Positions 9,099-17,810 of a stretch of 64,000 nt of DNA are shown in pieces (within the stretch, counting starts at the first letter, position 1; each line of letters starts with the position of its first letter). A program made the translations under genes and the position numbers. The stretch is from contig CAYXTM010000006.1 in assembly GCA_964468585.1 (NCBI GenBank), positions 5,318 to 69,317 of the forward strand. The letters are read 5' to 3'. The DNA is from an uncultured Thermoplasmatales archaeon (lineage in GTDB: Archaea; Thermoplasmatota; Thermoplasmata; Thermoplasmatales; GCA-001856825). Below the pieces are notes generated by a model. That model searched no databases. It was not told where the DNA came from and saw nothing but the letters and a program-made list of their open reading frames with translations.

Positions 9099-10709
9099 CT
9101 ATGTTTTCTGGAGCATAGTCCTTAGTGCCTTTTTATCGGCTTTCATGGTGCTAGTCTTAGGCATATTTTCAATGAAAATAACCTGATCAGGAATCCACCA
9201 CTTTTGTATCCTCCCAACATCCACAAATTTATTTAGGTGATCATACACATCTTTTTCTGAGATACTGGCATTCCTAACTATAAATGCAATTGGTCTCTCT
9301 CCCCATTTCTCGTCTGGTTTACCAATGACAGCTACCTCTCCGACCCCTCTCAATTCGCTGATAGCGTTTTCTAACACCTGCGAAGGTATAAATTCTCCTC
9401 CGCTCTTGACTGCATCCTTTTCCCTGTCCATAATGGATATATATCCGTTCGGATGAATTACTGCTAGGTCACCTGTATGCAGCCAGCCGCCCCTCCACAG
9501 TTCCCTCGTTTTCTCCTCGTCTTTAAAGTAGCCAGATGTGAGCCATGGAGTTCTCACAACTATTTCTCCTATAGTTTTACCATCAGCCGGTACATCCTTC
9601 ATGTTCTGATCTACAACTCTAAGATTGACCATGGGTACAGGAATCCCAGTGGAAATTGAGAAATTGAATTTTGTCTCATCATCGGCTGAGGCAATTTCAT
9701 CATTATATATTGCAATTGTCAGGAGAGGAGCTGTTTCAGACATACCATAAGCACCGATAGTGACTATTCCATAGGACCTGGCTTTCATTGCTAGACCTTT
9801 TGGCAGAGCGGCCCCCCCAATTACAACCCTCCAACCCCTGAGGTATTCAGAATAATCCTCAATATTTGGAGCAGAGAGTATCATATACAGAATCGACGGA
9901 ACCATTGCAGAGAATTTTATATTTTCCTTTTTCAGGAGCTCTAAGATGACATTCACTTCATATCTGCCGGGAAGGACATACTTGTTTCCATTCAAAAGAC
10001 CCATGTATGGTATTCCCCATGAATGAACATGAAACATAGGGACAAGTATCATGAAATTGTGAGTCCTGTCAACATTAAGAGGATCATACCTCAACCCGTT
10101 TGCAAGGGCGAGGGTATGCAACACAAGTTTTCTGTGGGTGAAGGTAACACCCTTGGGGAATCCGGTGGTGCCAGATGTGTAGAATATTGTTGCAGTGGTG
10201 TTTTCATCAAGATCGGGAAAATCGTATCTGTCATTTTTCACAATATCATCGTAGTAGTAGAGAGGTGAAAGGGAAGTTTTTATCTCCTTATTCTCATCAG
10301 AATAAACAATCCATCCTTTGATGAAATCAAACATTTGTTTATTCTTCTCTAGAATTGGAATGAATTCATCCCTTACAATCACATATTTATCCCCTGCGTG
10401 GTTCATTGTGTAATAAATTATTTCGGGAGGGTACCTGATATTTACAGTATGCAGAATCGCACCCATCATGGGGATTGCATAGTAGGACTCTAGGTATTTA
10501 TCGGTATCCCAATCTATTACGGCAATAACGTCTCCTTTTTTCACACCGATCTGGCTTAACCCTGATGCCAGTCCTTCAACCCTTTTGAAAAATGTCTGAT
10601 AATTGTATCCTCGGATATTTCTGTATTTTATCTCAGTTTTTGAAAAATTTTTTGGTGTATTTATGAAAAGATTTCTTAAATTCAAATTAAAATCATGTTC
10701 AAAATCCAT
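9099..10709 (-). CDS. AMP-dependent acyl-CoA synthetase / fatty-acid--CoA ligase
   Basis: AMP-binding motif 'YTSGTTGFPKGV', with 'GYGMSE'-like and 'GWLHTGD' motifs. Confidence 0.9.
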   Translation of the reverse strand: MDFEHDFNLNLRNLFINTPKNFSKTEIKYRNIRGYNYQTFFKRVEGLASGLSQIGVKKGDVIAVIDWDTDKYLESYYAIPMMGAILHTVNIRYPPEIIYYTMNHAGDKYVIVRDEFIPILEKNKQMFDFIKGWIVYSDENKEIKTSLSPLYYYDDIVKNDRYDFPDLDENTTATIFYTSGTTGFPKGVTFTHRKLVLHTLALANGLRYDPLNVDRTHNFMILVPMFHVHSWGIPYMGLLNGNKYVLPGRYEVNVILELLKKENIKFSAMVPSILYMILSAPNIEDYSEYLRGWRVVIGGAALPKGLAMKARSYGIVTIGAYGMSETAPLLTIAIYNDEIASADDETKFNFSISTGIPVPMVNLRVVDQNMKDVPADGKTIGEIVVRTPWLTSGYFKDEEKTRELWRGGWLHTGDLAVIHPNGYISIMDREKDAVKSGGEFIPSQVLENAISELRGVGEVAVIGKPDEKWGERPIAFIVRNASISEKDVYDHLNKFVDVGRIQKWWIPDQVIFIENMPKTSTMKADKKALRTMLQKT

Positions 10710-10871
10710 AAACTTTTATGGAAACAGCAATATATTACTTTTTCTCATGAAATATCGATGAACCTAAGCTTTGACCCTAGATTCTATTTCTCTCTGGGAA
10801 AAATAACAATATAAACCACCATGTAATAGCGAGGTGGGATATATACGAGAAAACCGTCAGAACATGGAAAC

Positions 10872-11513
10872 GTGGTTACTTTAGCAGTTTTATTTACGGC
10901 ATCATTTTACAATAGCCTGATATATCACAGTTATGCGTTAGTTCTTCTAGCCTGGATTCCAGTAATAATCGGACTTTTCATTTTTGACCTCCCATTCAGG
11001 AATATATCAAAAAGTAGATCAGATTTTGCAGTTCTGTTGGTTATAATCATCATTGCTCTTATAGCGGTAACCTTAACTCCTGTGTTGTTGATTCCTTATT
11101 TTTTGTTTGGAGTTTCATACATGACGAGGATCCCCCTGATTAAGAGGAAAAAAAGTTACATAACTCCAATCCTAGGCCTGTTAGGATACGCATCTCTATT
11201 CTCCCTGTTGTTACCCACAACTCTCACAATGAAAATGGAGGCATTCTCAGCATTCTTTATATATATGTTGGGTTCAGAATTCACAGTTAGGTATTTTTTA
11301 AAAAAGGATACGATTTTTATCTTGTACGATATAGTTCCACTGTTCCTAATTCTCCTTAACATGAGATTTATCGGTGCCGCAGTTTCTCTATTGAGAATTC
11401 CCAGTGCCATTTTTTCTAAGAAGATAAAATATATCGGCATAATGGAATCAATATTACTAGCAGTTTTTACTGTTCTATTCGAATTATTTATTATCTTAAA
11501 TTTTAAGATATAA
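10872..11513 (+). CDS. integral membrane protein, unknown function
   Basis: GTG start; 6 to 7 hydrophobic segments; no motif recognised. Confidence 0.5.
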   Translation: MVTLAVLFTASFYNSLIYHSYALVLLAWIPVIIGLFIFDLPFRNISKSRSDFAVLLVIIIIALIAVTLTPVLLIPYFLFGVSYMTRIPLIKRKKSYITPILGLLGYASLFSLLLPTTLTMKMEAFSAFFIYMLGSEFTVRYFLKKDTIFILYDIVPLFLILLNMRFIGAAVSLLRIPSAIFSKKIKYIGIMESILLAVFTVLFELFIILNFKI

Positions 11514-11536
11514 AATAAAAAATAAAAATGAATAAA

Positions 11537-12118
11537 TTATGGGGCATGGGCAAACGAGGTGAGGTGTTCTCCAATTGCAGGTAGACCTATAATTAACGCC
11601 ATTATGCCTGTAAGAATAGCAACTATACCAACCAATATGCCAATATATTTATTTCTTGAGATTACCAGTGGCCATACAAGTAGACCTGTAACACCTGCTC
11701 CAAGATATAACAGAAACATAGCCAATGGAGATTTTGTCATGCCGTCAAGGTACCCCTCATATCCTGATACAATTCCATATATGCCAGCGAAAAATCCATA
11801 CAGACCAACGAAGAACATGTCTGAATTCTTAAGGAGCGTATAACCGGCAAATAGCTCAACGAATCCAAGAAGGGTTAAAGGATCTCCAAACAGTATGCTG
11901 TAAGCTCCTCCTTCAGGCTCTGGCCACAATAAGCTGTAAAATAGACCGTAGATCACAGAATAAAAGCCTGTACCGAACAGGAAATAGGCAAAACCCTGGT
12001 TTACAGATGAATTATCCTTATTCATGAAATATTTATAGATAGCATAACTTCCAATCCCGAAGAAAATTATGCCCAACACCCCGAGATTGGCAGCAAGTGG
12101 ATCACTAAATACTGTCAT
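11537..12118 (-). CDS. integral membrane protein, unknown function
   Basis: 193 aa, about 6 TM segments rich in G/Y/F. It may belong to an archaeal DUF membrane family, but this is not verified. Confidence 0.55.
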   Translation of the reverse strand: MTVFSDPLAANLGVLGIIFFGIGSYAIYKYFMNKDNSSVNQGFAYFLFGTGFYSVIYGLFYSLLWPEPEGGAYSILFGDPLTLLGFVELFAGYTLLKNSDMFFVGLYGFFAGIYGIVSGYEGYLDGMTKSPLAMFLLYLGAGVTGLLVWPLVISRNKYIGILVGIVAILTGIMALIIGLPAIGEHLTSFAHAP

Positions 12119-12231
12119 TCTCTATCACCAATAGAGAATTAATTTTTTAATGAAATAATATCAGATTCCTCCTTGCGTAACGATACAGATAATTGCGCAA
12201 ATGTATTAATTTATGTTAAGATTATATACCC

Positions 12232-12834
12232 GTGGGAAGACTAAATATCTCATTGTCAAACGATCAGATTAAGAAAATTCAGGAATTGGCTCAAGAGCAG
12301 GGAAAGACTATAAGTTCAATCATAGGTGAATCAGTCACTCTTTATGAAAAAATCATCCAGATGGGAAGGAATTTGAAAGACATTGAGAAGATAGTAACAC
12401 TGCTCTCATTGATTCAAGGGCTTGATGCAGTTCCAGTGCCAAGTATACTTCTGGATTTCAGCATAGCAAAATGTATTGAAAATTCGCAGGAAGATACAAT
12501 AAAAATATGGTATGACACTGGAAAGAAACTGGGTGAGGTAATAAAAACAATGGCAAAAAATGTTGAAGAGCTTAAGAAATTGGTTGACCAGTACAAAAAT
12601 ATAATACCAGTAAATAAACTGGAAATAAATGGTGATGACAGAGAGCTTGAAATAATACTGGTTGGAAGCGGATATAGCAAGGAATCATCCTTAGCCACGG
12701 CCAACGGACTTAAGGGGTTCATGGAAGTTTTCGGCTTTAACGACTTCAAGGAAGAAATCCTCGAAGGCTTCGTAAAGGTGAAAGGTAGGAAAATTCCTGA
12801 TGTAAACGATATAAAAAGATCATTCTCCAAATGA
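12232..12834 (+). CDS. ribbon-helix-helix (CopG/Arc-like) domain protein with an uncharacterised C-terminal domain
   Basis: The N-terminus 'GRLNISLSNDQIKKIQELAQEQGKTISSIIGESV' fits a beta-strand plus two helices RHH pattern. GTG start. Confidence 0.55.
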   Translation: MGRLNISLSNDQIKKIQELAQEQGKTISSIIGESVTLYEKIIQMGRNLKDIEKIVTLLSLIQGLDAVPVPSILLDFSIAKCIENSQEDTIKIWYDTGKKLGEVIKTMAKNVEELKKLVDQYKNIIPVNKLEINGDDRELEIILVGSGYSKESSLATANGLKGFMEVFGFNDFKEEILEGFVKVKGRKIPDVNDIKRSFSK

Positions 12835-12840
12835 TAAGAA

Positions 12841-14433
12841 TTAACTAGTATTGTCTCCAATCATGAAATAAGGATTCTTCCTTCCTTCCGTATCATAAAC
12901 TGCCTTGGTTAGGGTTTCCAAGAGTTCCTCTTTTATATCGTCAGGGAAATTCTTTCCCCTTATGGAGAGTTTCCTTGTCCTTAGGAGAGTTCTTGGAATG
13001 TTCAGTACCTCCTTGACATATGTACCCAGATCATTCATCATATACCTGGTTGCATTATCCAAGAGTATTTTGTTTACTGGGTCAGAAAGGGTACTCTTTA
13101 TCCTTCCCTTCAGGTATTTATAAAGGTAGAATGAATATGCTATATATAGCTGCATTATTTGGCTTATGGGAGTCCCAACTTTCGTTCTGATGACAGGGGT
13201 AAGAACATCGTAGCTTCCCAGGTTTTCTTGAATTATCAGATCATTCTTGATGGCATCTCTCATTATCCTCGTGCCAGGAAGCGGAGTGTATATTGACATC
13301 TGTAGAGCATCTGCTCCATGTTTGGCAAGATTCCTTGACATTTTGAGGGTTGCCCACAGGTCTCTGAACCTTTCGTAGGGGGCACCTACCATCATGCCAA
13401 CTAGAACTATAATGTGAGCTTTCTTCAGGTTTTCGATGGCCCTGACAGTCTGGTCAATTACAATCCCCTTGTGCATCTTCTTCAGAACCTCTGGACTGCC
13501 AGATTCTGCACCAATAAATGCAATCTTCACACCTGCTTCCCCTGCTTTTTTTATTACGTCTGGATATTTCGATGTTATGTCGGCCCTCATCTGTACTATG
13601 AAATTCATGTTGAAATCTCTTTCAATGATTTCATCAAAGAGCTCCACTCTATTCTTGAGGTTAGGCTGAACAATGAAAATGTCATCCACAAAAAATACCC
13701 AATTATACCCGTATTTCTTAATATTTTCAAGTTCCTCGATTATTTTGGGGTTAGTTTTATTTCTCCAGAGATTACCCCATGTTGGTGTGACTGAGCAGAA
13801 ATCACAAGCATATGGGCATCCTCTGGAAGTTTCAAGTGCACCAACGTACTGATTCTCACCAAATAGATCAAACCTGTATTTTTCCCTATCTATGAGATGG
13901 TAAGGAGGAGGCGGGAGAGTATCTAGATTATGAATCAATTTCCTTGGGTTTGTCCTAATGATCTCACCATTTCTTTGGAAAACTATACCATCCACATCAT
14001 CCAGCGGAAGGCCCTCCATGCTGTGTTCTATAACATCCCTAAAAGCCCCTTCCCCTTCCCCTAAAACCACCACATCAAAACCCCCTTTAATAAGAGTTCT
14101 TGGCAAGAAAGTTGCATGATGCCCACCGGCTATGGCTAGAAAATTTCTCCTCTTCTTTAACTCTCTTACAATATCAAGGGCGATCTCATGTGAGGCAGTA
14201 GCATGAATCGTTATACCTAGAACATCGGTACCGAAGTCATCAAGCTGTTTCACAACCTCGGGAATACCAATATTCTCTGCTTCCATATCGATGATCTTGA
14301 TTTGTATATCATCAATATCCTGGATCACTGCTGCAAGATCCAGAAGACCCAATGGGACAGGGAGAAAGCCGAATTTTCTCAAATATGCACTCCCAGAAGG
14401 GTTAATGGGTCTTACCAGTGAAACATGAATCAT
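12841..14433 (-). CDS. B12-binding-domain radical SAM protein
   Basis: An N-terminal Rossmann-like cobalamin-binding region ('VLGITIHATASH...AIAGGHHATF') is followed by the radical SAM motif 'SRGCPYACDFCS' (C-x3-C-x2-C). Confidence 0.85.
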   Translation of the reverse strand: MIHVSLVRPINPSGSAYLRKFGFLPVPLGLLDLAAVIQDIDDIQIKIIDMEAENIGIPEVVKQLDDFGTDVLGITIHATASHEIALDIVRELKKRRNFLAIAGGHHATFLPRTLIKGGFDVVVLGEGEGAFRDVIEHSMEGLPLDDVDGIVFQRNGEIIRTNPRKLIHNLDTLPPPPYHLIDREKYRFDLFGENQYVGALETSRGCPYACDFCSVTPTWGNLWRNKTNPKIIEELENIKKYGYNWVFFVDDIFIVQPNLKNRVELFDEIIERDFNMNFIVQMRADITSKYPDVIKKAGEAGVKIAFIGAESGSPEVLKKMHKGIVIDQTVRAIENLKKAHIIVLVGMMVGAPYERFRDLWATLKMSRNLAKHGADALQMSIYTPLPGTRIMRDAIKNDLIIQENLGSYDVLTPVIRTKVGTPISQIMQLYIAYSFYLYKYLKGRIKSTLSDPVNKILLDNATRYMMNDLGTYVKEVLNIPRTLLRTRKLSIRGKNFPDDIKEELLETLTKAVYDTEGRKNPYFMIGDNTS

Positions 14434-14503
14434 GTTTAATTGTAAAAATTTTAAGCTAAAAATTATTTCGTCATGTTTTAGTCTAAATTCTGATTATTAA
14501 GTT

Positions 14504-15097
14504 ATGGTGCTCTGGAGATTTATAGTCAAATACGCAGAGGAAAAACCGAAGGTATATGGAGTTCTTAGCTTTATAGAGAGGAAAACGTCAAATTATTCGG
14601 AGATAGATTTTAAGAGCCATGACCTTGGGGTTTTAGAAAAAATATCTCCTGATTTCATAAGGTTAGATATAATAAAATGGGATCCTCCTGAAGAATTCAA
14701 CAGGAATCCACGAGAGATATATACAAGATTCATTCAATATGTGAGTAATGAGGAATACTGGTATGCGCATGAAGAAATAGAAGAGCTTTGGAAAATGGAA
14801 TCAGGCCAGGAAAAGGAAAGGTTGAGGAAAATTATCCTGCTCTTGGCCTCGATGGTTCATTACCAGATGAACCATCTTGATGTATCCAGGAGATTGTTCA
14901 GAGAATCTGTAGATTACCTAATTAGGGATTCACTATTCAGCGGAGATATAAAATATTCATATCCACTTAGTAGGGAACTGGTACTCTCTCTTACGGACTA
15001 TCTTGACAAGTATACCAGTCACAAGCAATATGAAGAATATCAGGCTGAAAACAAGCATGGTGAAAACTACTCCCTTGATGGTAGCAAGGTAACCTAA
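14504..15097 (+). CDS. DUF309-domain protein
   Basis: 'EEYWYAHEEIEELW' matches the DUF309 core (H-E-x2-E-x2-W). The 3' end overlaps the convergent MFS gene by 141 nt. Confidence 0.55.
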   Translation: MVLWRFIVKYAEEKPKVYGVLSFIERKTSNYSEIDFKSHDLGVLEKISPDFIRLDIIKWDPPEEFNRNPREIYTRFIQYVSNEEYWYAHEEIEELWKMESGQEKERLRKIILLLASMVHYQMNHLDVSRRLFRESVDYLIRDSLFSGDIKYSYPLSRELVLSLTDYLDKYTSHKQYEEYQAENKHGENYSLDGSKVT

Positions 15098-16123
15098 GAA
15101 TGGCTCAGCGACGGCAGTTAAAAGACTTGTAACCACATATATCAAGGATAGAACCTGTCCTCTGGCATGAACTGGTAAATTATCATTCATCTCCTTGCTG
15201 AGAAGATTGGTATAAAATCCGAATAGGCCACTGTTAATTATTAGAAGAATAATGGAAATAGTGCTGGGATAAATCCCGGGAATATAAATTGTGAAGAACA
15301 GGAAAGAACCTAACAATAGCATCGCTCCAAATGAATTCCTTCTAAGGAAAGAAACATTCTGAGTGAACAGGAAAGAGATACCCCTAACAAGGACATCCAC
15401 AAAGAAAATGACGCCAATGATTATGGTATCGATGCCCAAGGTTATATAATATGGCTGCTTGAAAAGCACGAGTATATTGAAATCCAGGAGCAATGCAACC
15501 CTTATAATCATCGCTGAGATTATATTTCTATCTCTCAGATAATGGATAGTTCCCCTTGATTCCTCTGCCGCAGTTTTGGAGAAGGGTTCCTTTATGACCA
15601 GCGCCATATAGCTTGAAATCAGAACAAATATGCCAGTTATCAGAATATCAAATTCAAACCCAAATTTTGAAGATATCACCCCTCCAAAAAGAGATGCCAG
15701 GGCCACAGAAAGGGAACCCATGAAATTCACTATTCCAAAGAATTTAAGGTATCTTATGCCCCTCATGGTGGAATGTTCGTACGATAGTGCTTCAATTGCT
15801 GTTGAATTGAGAGCGTTTCCAAAACCCCAGAAGATATAGCTCACCGCAATACCGATAAAAGTAGGTATAGTCCCAAAAATGATTATGGCTATACCCGTTA
15901 TCAATGAGGATATGGATAATGAATAAACCCTTCCAATTGTATCTACAAGTTTGCCGGATGGAAAGCTGAGAAATGTCATGGTAAGGTAATAAATCACATC
16001 AAGAATGGTGATTTCATATAATGAGAAACCCCTTTTCAACAGGAAAAGGACCCAAATGGGATTTAAAAGTAAGAAGGAGTATATGAAATAATAATTGAAA
16101 ATCCTGGCATCCCTCTTATTCAA
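14957..16123 (-). CDS. MFS transporter (last gene of the sugar-oxidation operon)
   Basis: About 11 to 12 TM segments. It starts 4 nt after the stop of the dehydrogenase gene. Confidence 0.7.
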   Translation of the reverse strand: MNKRDARIFNYYFIYSFLLLNPIWVLFLLKRGFSLYEITILDVIYYLTMTFLSFPSGKLVDTIGRVYSLSISSLITGIAIIIFGTIPTFIGIAVSYIFWGFGNALNSTAIEALSYEHSTMRGIRYLKFFGIVNFMGSLSVALASLFGGVISSKFGFEFDILITGIFVLISSYMALVIKEPFSKTAAEESRGTIHYLRDRNIISAMIIRVALLLDFNILVLFKQPYYITLGIDTIIIGVIFFVDVLVRGISFLFTQNVSFLRRNSFGAMLLLGSFLFFTIYIPGIYPSTISIILLIINSGLFGFYTNLLSKEMNDNLPVHARGQVLSLIYVVTSLLTAVAEPFLGYLATIKGVVFTMLVFSLIFFILLVTGILVKIVRKREYQFPTKWI

Positions 16124-16127
16124 AATT

Positions 16128-17198
16128 TCACCATTTTATTATGTATTTTATTTCCTCACTTTCCTTTTTATTTATTTTTTCAATTTCGGAAGGGCTTCCT
16201 ATTCCTGTTATCATCTCAGAGAATGGGAACTTATTTCTATAGGATGAAATAAATTCAATTGCCTCTCTGTAATTCTCCTTCGACCCGTCAACAGACCCTG
16301 CTAGGCTCACATTTTTATCAACCAGATATCCGGTTATATCCTCATTCCTTGACATTATCTGTCCAGAAGTACCGAATAGTATTACAATTCCATTATTACT
16401 TATAAATCTGGCACCCTCCCTTAAGATATCTGTAGATCCCACTGCGTCTATTATTAAATCCGGCGGATTTCTTTTTAGGAATTCCTCATAACCTGTTTCC
16501 GAACTGTTCAGTATTGTGGATTCGGTGGATTTTGCTATCCTTAATATCATGTCAGAAACAGGATGCCTGTTGACCATGAAGATTTTAAATCCCATTGAAT
16601 AAAATACAAATGAAATTAGCATCGCTTCAGTTCCAGTCCCATAAATATATAGGTTTTTACAGGAATAAGTTGAATCATTGCAGTACCACGGAATCCTATT
16701 GGAGAGGTTATAAAACACTTCTTTTATCTTCATCACATTTTTCATAGGTTCAGTCAGAACTCCAAGCATTCTCAGGTCCTGGTCATTTACTTTTATAAGA
16801 AATCTCTCATCATCTCTGAAATATTCCCTCATGAAACCATTTTTCCCTCTGATACCGGCTTCAACAAAATCGCCGTCTGCGCAATAATCCTGCCTCCCAA
16901 GAGTACACATCCTACAGTGCCCTGGTCTCCTAACCATGGGAACAACCAGATCCCCCTTTTTGAAAAGAGTAGAACTTCCTGGATCCTGCACAGTACCTAT
17001 GGCTTCATGACCTATGATAAGTTCATCACCAGATTCAGTCCTCACGAATTCCAATTCATTATTGGCTATTTCTCTATCGGTCCCACATATGCCGGTATAA
17101 TTGGTTTTTATTAGGATACCGCTTCCTTCAATGTAATCTACATCTTTTAGGACCACACCGAGCTCTCCCATCTTCTTTACGACAGCTTTCATGATCAT
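16128..17198 (-). CDS. gdh: zinc-dependent glucose/aldose 1-dehydrogenase (MDR family, Thermoplasma glucose dehydrogenase type)
   Basis: 'GICGTDREI', 'GDLVVPMVRRPGHC', 'LTEPMKNVMK', 'VILFGTSG' and the C-terminal 'IKW' match my recollection of the Thermoplasma acidophilum glucose dehydrogenase. Confidence 0.8.
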   Translation of the reverse strand: MIMKAVVKKMGELGVVLKDVDYIEGSGILIKTNYTGICGTDREIANNELEFVRTESGDELIIGHEAIGTVQDPGSSTLFKKGDLVVPMVRRPGHCRMCTLGRQDYCADGDFVEAGIRGKNGFMREYFRDDERFLIKVNDQDLRMLGVLTEPMKNVMKIKEVFYNLSNRIPWYCNDSTYSCKNLYIYGTGTEAMLISFVFYSMGFKIFMVNRHPVSDMILRIAKSTESTILNSSETGYEEFLKRNPPDLIIDAVGSTDILREGARFISNNGIVILFGTSGQIMSRNEDITGYLVDKNVSLAGSVDGSKENYREAIEFISSYRNKFPFSEMITGIGSPSEIEKINKKESEEIKYIIKW

Positions 17199-17806
17199 AC
17201 CTCCATTGCTATTACCCTGGCTGGGGATCCATCCCCATCCTTAATCGAAAGTGGCATAGCTATGACCATGAATACCTTCCCCAGAAGTCTTTCAAGTTCA
17301 CGGGAATTCAGATTCTCTATGATGGGGATTCCTGCTCCCAATAGTATATGATGGGTTGGAAAGTCCCTTGACTCAGGTGCTTCTGCGGAAGGACTATCAA
17401 TGCCAACAAATTTTGGTTTAGCTTCTTTTAGCTTAACCGCGTCATCTTTATCTATGTAAGTAAAATTCTCAAATTCCCTCTTATTCTCCCAGTCTCTGTT
17501 ATATCCGGTATAGAGAAAAATGAAATCGAATTTTTTTCCACCTAAATCGAGTTTCCCCGGTTCGTATTCAATTGCTATACCGAAACCAGTGAAATAGAAA
17601 GGGTCAAACTGGTCTATAGTCTTTCCACCCACAATAAAATGAGCAGGTGCATCTATATGGGTGCCTGTATGGGTCCCAATATGTATTTCCTTAATATTGT
17701 AACCATCTTTTTGAATTTCTTTGAACTGTTTTACTGACGGTACTGGATCACCTTTGAAATATGGCATACCATTCTCAATTGAAAAACTTAAGTCAATCAC
17801 ATTCAT
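17195..17806 (-). CDS. putative cyclase / kynurenine-formamidase-fold metal hydrolase
   Basis: The family metal motif H-x-G-T-H-x-D-x-P-x-H is present as 'HIGTHTGTHIDAPAHF'. A 4-nt ATGA overlap links it to the downstream dehydrogenase gene. Confidence 0.8.
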   Translation of the reverse strand: MNVIDLSFSIENGMPYFKGDPVPSVKQFKEIQKDGYNIKEIHIGTHTGTHIDAPAHFIVGGKTIDQFDPFYFTGFGIAIEYEPGKLDLGGKKFDFIFLYTGYNRDWENKREFENFTYIDKDDAVKLKEAKPKFVGIDSPSAEAPESRDFPTHHILLGAGIPIIENLNSRELERLLGKVFMVIAMPLSIKDGDGSPARVIAMEV

Positions 17807-17810
17807 TAAA

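Noticed and set aside
12414-12860. 148-aa minus-strand ORF, very Ser-rich, overlapping the RHH-domain gene
   Set aside because: It has low-complexity composition and lies entirely antisense to a better-supported CDS. I treat it as a shadow ORF. The same reasoning applies to 3992-4300, 4379-5050, 23686-24156, 23780-24082, 24811-25041, 25431-25817, 40466-40796, 48749-49406 and the short ORFs antisense to katG (60345-62309).
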